A stretch of 64,000 nucleotides of DNA from an uncultured delta proteobacterium (GTDB lineage: Bacteria > Desulfobacterota > Syntrophorhabdia > Syntrophorhabdales > WCHB1-27), in the NCBI GenBank assembly GCA_963810935.1, contig CAWEPK010000008.1:416001-480000 (forward strand), read 5' to 3'. Under the pieces are notes generated by a model. It was not told the origin of the DNA, did not search any database, and was given only the letters and a program-made list of their open reading frames with translations. A program made the translations under genes and the position numbers. Position 1 is the stretch's first letter. Each line of letters begins with the position of its first letter. This document shows, one piece after another, positions 10,102 to 19,683 of this stretch.

Positions 10102-12498
10102 CTATCCCGCTGCGCCTTCTTTAAGCACGCAAAAGTCGCTTGGGCTCGCCACGCCCATGCAGGCGTTGACCGCCTCGTCCACCCTTTCGATGAACTTGAA
10201 CTGCATGTTCGATTTGATGCTCTCCGGCACCTCTTCGAGATCTTTCTCGTTCATCTTCGGCAGCATGACGTTCCTGATGCCCGCCCTGCGCGCAGCAAGC
10301 ACCTTCTCCTTGATACCGCCGACCGGAAGCACCAGCCCGCGCAGCGTGATCTCGCCCGTCATCGCCACGTCGTTCCGCACGGGGCGGTCGGTGAGCAGGG
10401 AAACAAGGGCCATCATCATCGTTATGCCGGCGGACGGGCCGTCCTTCGGTATAGCCCCCTGGGGAACGTGGATATGGAGGTCGCTTTTCTCGAAAATGTC
10501 TTCCGGGATCGTGAAGTCCTGCGCCTTGCTCCTTATGTAGCTCAGCGCGGCCTGCGCCGATTCCTTCATGACGTCGCCGAGTTGGCCGGTAAGGGTCAGG
10601 TTCCCCTTACCCCGCATCTTGGTCGCCTCGATGAAAATGATATCGCCGCCGGTCGGGGTCCAGGCAAGACCGGTCGCCACTCCGGAATACTTAGTCCTTT
10701 CAGCTATTTCAGAGTAATGTTTGATAGGTCCCAGCAGCTTTCTGATGTCGCCGGCGAGGACGTTCGTTTTCTCCGTCTTGCCTTCGGCCACCTCTTGTGC
10801 GACGGCCCGGCAGACTGCCGCGATCTCGCGCTCAAGGTTGCGGACACCCGCTTCCCTCGTGTAAGAGCGTATGATGACCTTCACCGCCTCGTCGTCGAGC
10901 TCGACAAGGTCGCTCGACAGCCCGTGCTCCCCAAGTTCCTTCGGAATGAGGAATTCCTTCGCGATCATCAGCTTTTCCTCTTCCGTGTAACCGGGCAGCT
11001 CAAGGACCTCCATCCTGTCTCTGAGGGCAGGCGGTACGGGGTCCATCAGGTTCGCCGTTGCGATGAACATGACCTTCGACAGATCGAAAGGCACTTCAAG
11101 GTAATGGTCGCTGAACGACCAGTTCTGCTCCGGGTCGAGGACTTCCAGAAGCGCGCTTGACGGGTCGCCCCTGAAGTCCATGCCTATCTTGTCCACCTCG
11201 TCCAGCATAAATACGGGGTTGTTAGAGCCCGACTTCTTTATCCCCTGGATCACCCTGCCCGGCAGGGCGCCTACGTAGGTCCTCCGGTGGCCCCGTATCT
11301 CGGCCTCGTCCCTTATGCCGCCCAGGGATATCCGCATGAATTTCCTTCCCAGTGCGCGGGCAATCGACTTGCCGAGAGACGTCTTGCCGACGCCGGGCGG
11401 CCCCACAAAGCAGAGTATCGGGCCCCGCATGTCAGTCTTGAGCTTCCTGACCGCCAGGTATTCGAGTATCCTCTTTTTCACCTTCTCCAGGTCGTAATGG
11501 TCCTCATTGAGGATCCTCCTGGCGTCCATGATGTTCAGGTTGTCTTCAGTCGAGTACGACCATGGCAGCTCGACAAGCCAGTCGAGATATGTCCTCGCCA
11601 CGGTATACTCGGCGGACATGGTGCTCATCTTCGACAGCCTGTCCAGCTCCTTCTCCGTGACCTTCTGCACGTCGGGGGGCATCTTCGCCTCGCCCATCTT
11701 CCTGCGCAGCTCGTCTATCTCGGTGTACCGCTCGTCGGCCTCGCCCAGCTCTTTCTGGATCGCCTTGAGCTGCTCCCTGAGGTAGTATTCCCGCTGTGTC
11801 TTGTCGATCCCTTCCTTGATGTGCGACTGTATCTTCGTGGAGAGCTCGAGCGTCTCAAGCTCCCTGTTGAGCATGATCGTGACCTTCTTCAGCCTCTCTT
11901 TCAGGTCGATCTTCTCCAGCACTTCCTGCCTCTCGGCGACGCTTATGTTGATCGTCGATGCTACCAGGTCCGCCAGGTTCCCCGGGTTCTCTATTTTCGT
12001 GGCAATCTGCGCAAGCTCCGAGGAGAGGTAAGGCGCGATCTCGACCGCCTTCTTGTAGAGGTTCTTCAGGTTGATGTACATCGCGTCGATCTCGATGTCC
12101 TTCTGGTATTCCTCGAAGATCGGAAGAATGCGCGCCCTGAAGTGCGGCTCCCTCTGCGTGAACTCGACGAGCTTGAACCGGGCCAGCCCCTGCACCACGA
12201 TCCTCTGGCTGCCGTCCACCATCTTAACCATTTTCATGATCGTGGCAACGGTGCCTATGGTGTAGAGGTCCTCCTGCTCGGGATCCTCGATGTCCGGGTT
12301 CTTCTGCGTTAAAATTGCCATGAGCCTGTCCTTGCCCATGGCCTCGTCTATCAATCTTATGGACCGCTCCCTGCCGACTACCAGCGGCACAATAAGGTCG
12401 GGATAAGCCACAGTACCGCGCAGAGGCAGAACGGGCACCTCCGCGGGAATGAACAGCTTGTCCTTTACAGTCCTATCACTCTTAAAGCCGATAACCAT
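10102..12498 (-). CDS. lon: ATP-dependent Lon protease
   Basis: LON_N domain, Walker A GPPGVGKTS, catalytic PKDGPSAG and GGIKEK. Confidence 0.98.
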   Translation of the reverse strand: MVIGFKSDRTVKDKLFIPAEVPVLPLRGTVAYPDLIVPLVVGRERSIRLIDEAMGKDRLMAILTQKNPDIEDPEQEDLYTIGTVATIMKMVKMVDGSQRIVVQGLARFKLVEFTQREPHFRARILPIFEEYQKDIEIDAMYINLKNLYKKAVEIAPYLSSELAQIATKIENPGNLADLVASTINISVAERQEVLEKIDLKERLKKVTIMLNRELETLELSTKIQSHIKEGIDKTQREYYLREQLKAIQKELGEADERYTEIDELRRKMGEAKMPPDVQKVTEKELDRLSKMSTMSAEYTVARTYLDWLVELPWSYSTEDNLNIMDARRILNEDHYDLEKVKKRILEYLAVRKLKTDMRGPILCFVGPPGVGKTSLGKSIARALGRKFMRISLGGIRDEAEIRGHRRTYVGALPGRVIQGIKKSGSNNPVFMLDEVDKIGMDFRGDPSSALLEVLDPEQNWSFSDHYLEVPFDLSKVMFIATANLMDPVPPALRDRMEVLELPGYTEEEKLMIAKEFLIPKELGEHGLSSDLVELDDEAVKVIIRSYTREAGVRNLEREIAAVCRAVAQEVAEGKTEKTNVLAGDIRKLLGPIKHYSEIAERTKYSGVATGLAWTPTGGDIIFIEATKMRGKGNLTLTGQLGDVMKESAQAALSYIRSKAQDFTIPEDIFEKSDLHIHVPQGAIPKDGPSAGITMMMALVSLLTDRPVRNDVAMTGEITLRGLVLPVGGIKEKVLAARRAGIRNVMLPKMNEKDLEEVPESIKSNMQFKFIERVDEAVNACMGVASPSDFCVLKEGAAG

Positions 12499-12512
12499 TT
12501 AGTTGTACCTCC

Positions 12513-14444
12513 CTACTTCTTGACGTCCTCGAATTCGACGTCTACGACATCGTCATTGCCCCGACCACCCGACTGGGTGCGGGCCTCCTGTTGCTGCTGC
12601 CCCGGCCCCGGCTGCCCCTGCCCCTGCTGGGGGCCGCCAGCCGTCGTCTGTTTGTAAAGGACCTCGGCCAGCTTGTGGGATGCCTTCGTCAGCTCGTCCA
12701 TTGCAGACCTCATCTTGTCCAGGTCTCCAGTCTTCAGGGCTTCTTTGGCCGCATCTATCGTGCCCTGGGCGGACTGCGCGTCTTCGGCGCTTATCTTGTC
12801 TTTGCTGTCACTGAGCGTCTTTTCCGTCCCGTAAACCAGATTGTCGAGGTGGTTGCGCAGCTCGATTTCCTCTTTCTTCCTCCGGTCTTCCTCCGCATGC
12901 ATCTCTGCGTCTTTCACCATCTTCTGGATATCGGACTCGCTCATGCCTGTAGATGCCGTTATGGTGATCTTCTGCTCCTTGCCCGTCGCCATGTCTTTGG
13001 CGGATACGTGGAGGATGCCGTTCGCGTCGATATCGAAAGTGACCTCTATCTGGGGCATGCCCCTTGGCGCAGTCGGAAGGCCGATCAGGTGGAACCGCCC
13101 GAGTGTCCTGTTATCCCTCGCAAGCTCGCGCTCTCCCTGGAGCACGTGTATCTCGACGCTCGTCTGGTTGTCTTCGGCCGTCGTGAATACCTGGCTCTTC
13201 CGGGTCGGGATGGTCGTGTTCCTGTCGATGATCTTCGTCAGTACGCCGCCAAGCGTCTCGATGCCCAGTGAAAGGGGCGTGACGTCGAGGAGCAGCACGT
13301 CCTTTACCTCGCCTGCTAAAACGCCCGCCTGCACGGCCGCGCCGAGTGCCACGACCTCGTCCGGGTTGACGCCCTTGTGCGGCTCCTTGCCGAAGAACTC
13401 CTTCACCATCTCCTGCACCTTGGGTATCCTGGTCGAGCCTCCGACAAGGACCACCTCGTTTATGTCGGACGGCTTCAGCTTGGCGTCGGCAAGCGCCTTC
13501 TTGCTGGGCTCCATTGTCCTCTGGAAGAGGTCTTCCGAAAGCTGCTCGAGCTTCGCCCTCGTCAGCTTCATGTTCAGGTGCTTGGGGCCCGTCTGGTCGG
13601 CGGTTATGAAGGGCAGGTTAATCTCCGTCTCCATAGTCGTCGAAAGCTCGATCTTGGCGCGCTCCCCCGCTTCTTTGAGCCTCTGCAGGGCCATCTTGTC
13701 CTTCGACAGGTCGATGCCCTGCTCTTTCTTGAACTCGTCCTCGATCCACTCCATAACTCTCTGGTCTATGTCGTCGCCGCCAAGGTGCGTGTCGCCGTTC
13801 GTCGATTTCACTTCTACAACGTTGTCGCCCACTTCCAGGATCGATACGTCGAAGGTGCCTCCGCCGAAGTCGTAGACCGCGATTGTCTCGTTCTTCTGCT
13901 TATCAAGCCCATACGCAAGGGCCGAAGCTGTAGGCTCGTTGATGATGCGAAGCACGTTGAGACCGGCTATCCTGCCGGCATCTTTCGTCGCCTGCCTCTG
14001 AGAGTCGTTGAAGTAGGCAGGCACCGTGATAACTGCGTCCTCAATAGTCTGCCCTAGATAATTTTCGGCAGATTTCTTCAATTTCTGAAGGACAAAGGCC
14101 GATATCTCCTGGGGCGTGTACGCCTTCCCCCTCGCCTCGACCCTCACAAGGCCGTTCTGGTCGGAGACTATCTTGTAAGGTATGCGTTTGCTCTCTTCCT
14201 GTACCTCACTGTATCTCCTGCCCATGAACCTCTTTATAGAAAAAATCGTATTCTCCGGGTTGGTGATCGCCTGCCTTCTCGCAACCTGCCCTACCAGGAC
14301 TTCTCCGTCTTTCGTGAAAGCTACTACGCTGGGCGTAAGCCTGCTTCCCTCTTCATTTATGATAACCTTCGGCTCGCCGCCCTCCATAATGGCGACGACC
14401 GAAAAAGTTGTCCCCAGATCGATTCCTATTACTTTCTTTGCCAT
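12513..14444 (-). CDS. dnaK: Chaperone DnaK (Hsp70)
   Basis: [35 protein letters not shown] and [13 protein letters not shown]. Confidence 0.99.
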   Translation of the reverse strand: MAKKVIGIDLGTTFSVVAIMEGGEPKVIINEEGSRLTPSVVAFTKDGEVLVGQVARRQAITNPENTIFSIKRFMGRRYSEVQEESKRIPYKIVSDQNGLVRVEARGKAYTPQEISAFVLQKLKKSAENYLGQTIEDAVITVPAYFNDSQRQATKDAGRIAGLNVLRIINEPTASALAYGLDKQKNETIAVYDFGGGTFDVSILEVGDNVVEVKSTNGDTHLGGDDIDQRVMEWIEDEFKKEQGIDLSKDKMALQRLKEAGERAKIELSTTMETEINLPFITADQTGPKHLNMKLTRAKLEQLSEDLFQRTMEPSKKALADAKLKPSDINEVVLVGGSTRIPKVQEMVKEFFGKEPHKGVNPDEVVALGAAVQAGVLAGEVKDVLLLDVTPLSLGIETLGGVLTKIIDRNTTIPTRKSQVFTTAEDNQTSVEIHVLQGERELARDNRTLGRFHLIGLPTAPRGMPQIEVTFDIDANGILHVSAKDMATGKEQKITITASTGMSESDIQKMVKDAEMHAEEDRRKKEEIELRNHLDNLVYGTEKTLSDSKDKISAEDAQSAQGTIDAAKEALKTGDLDKMRSAMDELTKASHKLAEVLYKQTTAGGPQQGQGQPGPGQQQQEARTQSGGRGNDDVVDVEFEDVKK

Positions 14445-14483
14445 GTTCTCCTCCCGAAATTTTTATACCCGCAAGACAACTCT

Positions 14484-14512
14484 AATATAATCCGCCCCCC
14501 TAAGCTTGTCAA
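14484..14512 (-). promoter_or_regulatory. Sigma70-type promoter of dnaK-lon
   Basis: TTGACA (14512-14507), 17-nt spacer, TATATT (14489-14484). Confidence 0.7.
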
Positions 14513-14616
14513 CAAACGGAAACCTCGCAATAACCAAGGAAAATAGCCACTTTTTCCCATTCCGGAGACCGTTGTTCCCATCGCCTGCGGGGAGGGGAAC
14601 GACAAAGGCGGTGATG

Positions 14617-14787
14617 CTACGCTTCGTCCGGACTCTCGATGAGGCCTCTGACGAAGTGGTCCATTATCCTCAAGTCGTCAATATCGCCGTTCTCGCCGGT
14701 GCCTGCCTTGCGTTTCATCCCCGCACCCATAGGACCCTGCCCGCCGCCGGGCTCGACATCCCTAAGATCGTCATGCACTCCGCTCAT
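14617..14787 (-). CDS. 56-aa acidic, Gly-rich hypothetical protein downstream of the Trp attenuator
   Basis: GGAGGAA Shine-Dalgarno upstream of ATG 14787; MSGVHDDLRDVEPGGGQGPMGAGMKRKAGTGENGDIDDLRIMDHFVRGLIESPDEA then TAG. Absent from the ORF track (too short). Confidence 0.6.
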   Translation of the reverse strand: MSGVHDDLRDVEPGGGQGPMGAGMKRKAGTGENGDIDDLRIMDHFVRGLIESPDEA

Positions 14788-14803
14788 TGCGCTTCCTCCA
14801 AAT

Positions 14804-14844
14804 AAAAAAGCCGCTTTCAGGCTTTTCAGGGCCTAAAAGCGGCT
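14804..14844 (-). terminator. Second attenuator terminator hairpin
   Basis: AGCCGCTTTTAGGC-loop-GCCTGAAAGCGGCT followed by TTTTT. Confidence 0.8.
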
Positions 14845-14896
14845 AAAAAAAACCGCCTAAACCCCCGGGTCCAACTACCCCAGGGCTTAAGCGGTC
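14845..14896 (-). terminator. First attenuator terminator (3:4 hairpin)
   Basis: About 20-bp stem GACCGCTTAAGCCCTGGGGT/ACCCGGGGGTTTAGGCGGTT with G-U pairs and one mismatch, followed by a U tract. Confidence 0.85.
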
Positions 14897-14916
14897 CTTC
14901 TCACCGGGATAGCTGG

Positions 14917-14976
14917 TTAGCTACCCCACCACCACACGTTAGACATCGTGTTCAAATCGAGTGGACCTAAATTCAT
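14917..14976 (-). CDS. Tryptophan-sensing leader peptide (TrpL-like), MNLGPLDLNTMSNVWWWGS
   Basis: Three consecutive TGG codons just before the stop, overlapping segment 1 of mutually exclusive RNA hairpins. Confidence 0.85.
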   Translation of the reverse strand: MNLGPLDLNTMSNVWWWGS

Positions 14977-14982
14977 ACACTG

Positions 14983-15012
14983 TTTATATCATTGAGCGAG
15001 ACTGCGTGTCAA
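14983..15012 (-). promoter_or_regulatory. Sigma70-type promoter of the leader peptide (leaderless start)
   Basis: TTGACA (15012-15007), 18-nt spacer, extended -10 TG-A-TATAAA (14988-14983); the ATG lies 6 nt downstream. Confidence 0.7.
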
Positions 15013-15161
15013 ACAATTCTTTTTCGGGGCCGAAGAGATTTTCGTGCAGACCGCGAAGCGCGACGTTCTTCACGGGGTCCGAAGCCGCTGTCTTCTTGCC
15101 CAGTCTCTCCGAGATAAAGCTGACAACCAGATTATTGAGGCTCACACCTTCTATCTCGCTT

Positions 15162-15485
15162 TCACGCAATAGCATCGAGGCCCTTTTCCCGCACCAGTGT
15201 GAGCAGCTTAAGGGAAGGGCCCTGAGGATGTTTTTCACCCCTTTCCCATTGACTCACCAGGCTCACGGTTACGTTAAGGTAGCTGGCAAACACGGCCTGG
15301 CTGACGCCGGCCCGCTTTCTCACCTGAGCAATCTCCTCGGGAGAGAGCTCCTCAACGGGCGTCAGGCACGATGCATCGAAATCACGCATCGTCTTCGCGT
15401 CTACCAGTCCGATTCTGTGCAGGCCGGCCGCTGTCTCGTGCGCGGCAGCCAAAGCATCGGTCCTATATCTCTTTTTCACCGTCAT
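15162..15485 (-). CDS. XRE/HigA-type HTH antitoxin
   Basis: IAQVRKRAGVSQAVFASYLNVTVSLVSQWERGEKHPQGPSLKLL; ATGA overlap with the toxin gene. Confidence 0.9.
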   Translation of the reverse strand: MTVKKRYRTDALAAAHETAAGLHRIGLVDAKTMRDFDASCLTPVEELSPEEIAQVRKRAGVSQAVFASYLNVTVSLVSQWERGEKHPQGPSLKLLTLVREKGLDAIA

Positions 15486-15850
15486 AGGCTTACCTCCTCC
15501 ATTTCGCCTTCCCTCAAAGCCTTGTCCATATCCCCGTCAGTGAATGCCAAGAAGATTTCCGCCAACTTCCTGTAAGCATCCAGCTCTAGGGGGCTCAAAT
15601 CAGCTTTTGCGCTCTTGGCAAAGCCGAATACGAACACCGACCGGTACCCGGTTCGCCAGACGATGATCGTCCTGTAGCCGCCTCTCTTACCCTCACCGGT
15701 GCGGCCCACACGTTTCTTGATGAGGCCTTTTCCCAGCTCTCCATCGTTCAGGCCGCTTTCTATCTCCCGGATGGCCGCCTTTAACGTGCTGTCGTCGATA
15801 TGTTCCTTACGGGCAAACCGCGCAAACCACTTCGTCTTGAATATCCGTAC
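15482..15850 (-). CDS. RelE/HigB-family toxin (start codon unclear)
   Basis: The frame extends beyond the ORF-track call: VRIFKTKWFARFARKE...GLIKKRVGRTGEGKRGGYRTII...FGFAKS. The expected start position reads GTA. Confidence 0.85.
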   Translation of the reverse strand, partial: VRIFKTKWFARFARKEHIDDSTLKAAIREIESGLNDGELGKGLIKKRVGRTGEGKRGGYRTIIVWRTGYRSVFVFGFAKSAKADLSPLELDAYRKLAEIFLAFTDGDMDKALREGEMEEVSL

Positions 15851-15876
15851 AGGACCTCCGGGAACATTTTCAGCAT

Positions 15877-15905
15877 ATTATATAGCACTCTGTGCTATAA
15901 TACAA
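15877..15905 (-). promoter_or_regulatory. TA promoter with operator palindrome
   Basis: TTGTAT-17-TATAAT; inverted repeat TATAGCAC-TCT-GTGCTATA (15881-15899) fills the spacer. Confidence 0.8.
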
Positions 15906-16005
15906 GGGCCTCGCACCACTCTCCGCAAACCCAACTCGCCGATATCTTGACCCCCGATGTCAATAGTGGACGCGAAAGGCGCGAAAAGAGCCCAGGCCCT
16001 TACCC

Positions 16006-16464
16006 TTATATGCCATTTTCCTTGTGTAGCAGAATCGCATACTCGAAACCATCTATTAACGCCAGAAACGCGGCCTTATTAATATTCTCCGACGTCGCGG
16101 CCACGCTCCATATCTCCTTGCCGTCCGTAAAGATCGCCGACACCTGCACCATCGAGGACGTGCCCGCCTTCGTATCATGCACGCTCGAAGTAAAGTCCAC
16201 CAGTTTCAATTCCCCGATAAACGGGAAGATGGAGACAAGGCATTTCTTCAGCACGCTAGCCAGCGCGTCGACAGGGCCGACGCCCGTCGCGGCCTCGTGC
16301 ATCTGCATGTGGTCGGCCTTTATGCTCACCGTGGCCTCCGGCCGGTGGCCGTCGTCCACGAGCCTGTACGAGCCCAGCAGCTCGAAGGGCTTCACGTAGC
16401 TGTCCAGGGCCCGAAGGATACTCAACTCTTTGGTGGCGTCCCGCATCTTCATCAGACGCTTCAT
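16006..16464 (-). CDS. Stand-alone LeuA/CimA allosteric (regulatory) domain protein
   Basis: GVGPVDAL...KLVDF...W......ENI.KAAF.AL.DG.EY aligns by eye with the C-terminus of the adjacent CimA; ATGA overlap. Confidence 0.85.
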   Translation of the reverse strand: MKRLMKMRDATKELSILRALDSYVKPFELLGSYRLVDDGHRPEATVSIKADHMQMHEAATGVGPVDALASVLKKCLVSIFPFIGELKLVDFTSSVHDTKAGTSSMVQVSAIFTDGKEIWSVAATSENINKAAFLALIDGFEYAILLHKENGI

Positions 16465-18038
16465 GCCTTTTTCTCCTCCTCCAGAAGCAGCTTGTAGTCG
16501 ATGCTGTCAACGAGGGCCTGCCAGCTTGCCTCTATGACGTTCACCGATACGCCGACGGTCTCCCACGTGCGGACGCCGTCGCTCGATTCGATGAGCACCC
16601 TTATCACCGTGCCGGTACCTTCCTTTGTAGAGAGCGCCCGGACCTTGTAGTCCACGAGCGTCATCGTGCGCAGGACGGGGTAGAACTTGTAGAGGGCCTT
16701 CCGCAGCGCGCCGTCGAGGGCGTTGACCGGGCCGTTGCCGAAGGCCGCTGTGTGCTCCACCCTGTCGCCCACCTTCAGCATAATGCTCGCCTCCGACGGG
16801 GTAAGGCTCTTCTCCTGCTTTTCTGCAAGCACACGGAAGCCGATCAGGTCGAAGAACTTCTTATGGACGCCCATCGCCCGCTTCATGAGCAGCTCCAGGG
16901 AGGCCTCCGCGCTCTCGAACTTGAATCCGCCGTGTTCCAGCTCCTTTACCCGCTTCAATACTTCCCTGGCCGCCTTCCTGTCCTTCTCCATGTCGAGGCC
17001 GAATTCTTTTGCCTTCGCGAGTATGCTTCCCTCGCCGGACAGGTCGGACACCAGAACCCTCTGGCTGTTGCCGACGAGGGCCGGGTCTATGTGCTCGTAC
17101 GTGGCCGGGTTCTTCCTGATCGCGCTTACGTGGATGCCCCCCTTGTGGGCGAACGCCGAGTCCCCCACGTACGGGCGGTGCTTGTCGGGAATGAGGTTGG
17201 CGACTTCATCGACGAATAACGACAGGTCGCGCAGGGCGGCCAGCCGCCCGGCGTCGATGCCCTCGCATCCCATCTTGAGGACGAGGCTCGGGATGACCGA
17301 ACAGAGGTTCGCGTTGCCACACCGCTCCCCATAGCCGTTGATCGTGCCCTGAGCGTGGACGCACCCCGATTTCACCGCCTGGAGCGTATTGGCGACTGCC
17401 ATCTCCATGTCGTTGTGACAGTGGATGCCCAGCTTAACCTGCACAGAGTTCCTTACTTCTTCTATGATGGAGCCTATCTCGAAGGGCATCGTGCCGCCGT
17501 TCGTGTCGCAGAGCACCACCACGTCGGCCCCGGCCTCCTCAGCCGCTTTCACGGTCTTGAGCGCATACTGCCGGTTGCGCTTGTAGCCGTCGAAGAAGTG
17601 CTCCGCGTCGAAGAAGACGGTCCTGCCTCTCTCCTTCAGGTAGCGTACAGTCCCTTCGATCATTTTCAGGTTCGTGTCCAGGCCCACTTTGAGTACGTCC
17701 CTCACGTGGAGGTCCCAGCTCTTGCCGACGACGGCCGCGTGCTCCGCCTCAACGGAAAGCAGGGACCGCATAACATCGTCGTTTTCCGGGTCGGAAAGCG
17801 CGTTCGGCTTCAAAGTGCTGGAGAACGCCACGATGCGGGCGTGCCTGAGACGGAGCTTTCTCACCTCGTCGAAATATTCGAGATCTTTGGGGTTCGAGCC
17901 CGGCCAGCCGCCTTCGACGAAATCCATCCCGAAGTCATCCAGCTTCTCGGTGATCCTCAGCTTGTCATTTACCGAGAAGGCGATGTCTTCCGACTGCGCG
18001 CCGTCTCTCAGGGTGGTGTCGTAAAAAATGACCTTCAC
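16461..18038 (-). CDS. cimA: Citramalate synthase
   Basis: [46 protein letters not shown] and [10 protein letters not shown]. Confidence 0.93.
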   Translation of the reverse strand: MKVIFYDTTLRDGAQSEDIAFSVNDKLRITEKLDDFGMDFVEGGWPGSNPKDLEYFDEVRKLRLRHARIVAFSSTLKPNALSDPENDDVMRSLLSVEAEHAAVVGKSWDLHVRDVLKVGLDTNLKMIEGTVRYLKERGRTVFFDAEHFFDGYKRNRQYALKTVKAAEEAGADVVVLCDTNGGTMPFEIGSIIEEVRNSVQVKLGIHCHNDMEMAVANTLQAVKSGCVHAQGTINGYGERCGNANLCSVIPSLVLKMGCEGIDAGRLAALRDLSLFVDEVANLIPDKHRPYVGDSAFAHKGGIHVSAIRKNPATYEHIDPALVGNSQRVLVSDLSGEGSILAKAKEFGLDMEKDRKAAREVLKRVKELEHGGFKFESAEASLELLMKRAMGVHKKFFDLIGFRVLAEKQEKSLTPSEASIMLKVGDRVEHTAAFGNGPVNALDGALRKALYKFYPVLRTMTLVDYKVRALSTKEGTGTVIRVLIESSDGVRTWETVGVSVNVIEASWQALVDSIDYKLLLEEEKKA

Positions 18039-19268
18039 TGCTCTTCCACTACCTCCGAGGCGTCCAAGCCGAAACCCGTATGGAGCGCCCGGACGGCCAG
18101 CTCGCCGTATTTCTCCCTGATCACGAACGATATCTTGATCTCGGACGTGCTTATCATCTCGATATTGATGCCCTCGTCCGATAGTATCCGGAACATCTTC
18201 GTCGCGATGCCCGAGTGGGTCCTCATGCCGGAGCCGACTATCGATATCTTCGCTATGTCCTCATCTATGGCCAGCCGTTTCGCGCCGAGCTCGTGCGCCA
18301 CCGACTCCATCAGCTTGTATGCCTTTTTGGCGTCCGACCTGGCCGTCGTGAACGTCATGTCCGTGAACCCCGCGTGGCTCACGTTCTGGACGATCATATC
18401 GACAACGATCCCGTCGTCCGCCAGGGGCCCGAAAATCTTCGCGGCGGCGCCGGGCTTATCGGGCACCTCGCCGATAGTGATCTTCGCCTCGTTCTTGTTG
18501 TACGTTACGCCCGCAACAACCACCTGTTCCATTGTCGGCACCTCCTCGCAGACGAGTGTCCCCTTGCCTTCCGTGAATGATGACTTGACCAGCAGCGGGA
18601 CGTTATATTTCCTGGCGAGGCTCGACGGACCGTATCTGGAGCACCTTCGCACCCAGGCTCGCCATCTCGAGCATCTCTTCGTAGGAGATGCGGTCGAGCC
18701 TGCGCGCCTTCTTCGTGATATTGGGGTCCGTCGTGTAGACGCCGTCCACGTCCGTATAAATCTCGCACACGTCCGCCTTAAGAGCTGCGGCGATGGCCAC
18801 GGCGGTCGTATCGGAGCCTCCGCGGCCCAGCGTCGTAATATTGCCCTCCCCGTCGATGCCCTGAAAGCCGGGGACAACTACTACCTGGCCTTTCTTGAGG
18901 GCCGCCCGGATCCTCTCCTCTTCGATGTCCGCGATCCTGGCCTTGCCGAAAGCAGAGTCGGTGACGATCCTGACCTGAGAGCCCAGCATCGAGACGGCGT
19001 CTTCACCCATCTCCTTGATCGTTATGGCAAGGAGCGCAGAGGTAACCTGCTCCCCCGTCGAAAGAAGGACGTCCGCCTCCCTGTCGTCGGGGAACCGGGA
19101 AAGACTGCCTGCCAGCTTCAGCAGGCGGTCCGTCTCACCGGACATTGCCGAGACGACAACCACCACGTCCGCGCCTTTCCGTTTGTACGATAAGACCCTT
19201 TCGGCGACGTTCCGTATACGCTCAGGGCTCCCGACGGAAGTGCCGCCATATTTGTGCACGACCAGCAT
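18035..19268 (-). CDS. lysC: Aspartate kinase with a +1 frameshift near 18619-18620 (probable read error)
   Basis: [17 protein letters not shown] and [10 protein letters not shown] in one frame, ACT domains in another; removing one C from GAGCCTC restores a 410-aa protein. Confidence 0.93.
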
Positions 19269-19683
19269 CCTCTACCTCCATCACGATGTTCCTCTCATTC
19301 TCCCCAACGACGTGCAGCGTGATCCTGATGCCTTCCGGCCACAAAGGGACGCGCTCGGCCCATTCGACCGCTACGACCCCGCTGTCCAGACAGTCCTCCA
19401 GCCCTAAGCTGTCTGCGTCCGACCCTTCAAGCCTGTACAGGTCGGCGTGGCACAGCCCGATCCGGCCTTCATATACGCCGACAAGCGCAAACGAAGGGGA
19501 AAGCACGTATTCCCAGTCGGAGACTCCGATCCCCTTGGCGAGTCCTTTAACGAGCTGGGTCTTTCCAGCGCCGAGCTCGCCGTAAAGCAGGAAAAGGTCG
19601 CCCGGCATGGACGACGCTCCTATATGCGCGCCGATAGCAATTGTATCAGAGGGATTTCTCGATATAAACTCTATCCGTTCCAT
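19222..19683 (-). CDS. tsaE: tRNA t6A biosynthesis ATPase TsaE
   Basis: [19 protein letters not shown] and VEWAE. Confidence 0.93.
   Translation of the reverse strand: MERIEFISRNPSDTIAIGAHIGASSMPGDLFLLYGELGAGKTQLVKGLAKGIGVSDWEYVLSPSFALVGVYEGRIGLCHADLYRLEGSDADSLGLEDCLDSGVVAVEWAERVPLWPEGIRITLHVVGENERNIVMEVEDAGRAQIWRHFRREP

Noticed and set aside
14445..14620. CIRCE operator upstream of dnaK
   Set aside because: No TTAGCACTC-N9-GAGTGCTAA is present. The superficially similar TAGCACTC at 15883 belongs to the TA operator palindrome.
18603..18640. Programmed frameshift or genuine split of lysC into alpha/beta genes
   Set aside because: There is no slippery sequence, and the break lies inside the kinase domain at an AGCT site like the other indels, so a read error is more likely.
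2056..19193. Long antisense or alternate-frame ORFs (for example 2056-3723, 4139-5491, 6676-8004, 17355-19193, and many later ones)
   Set aside because: They shadow well-supported genes in GC3-rich DNA and show no family motifs.
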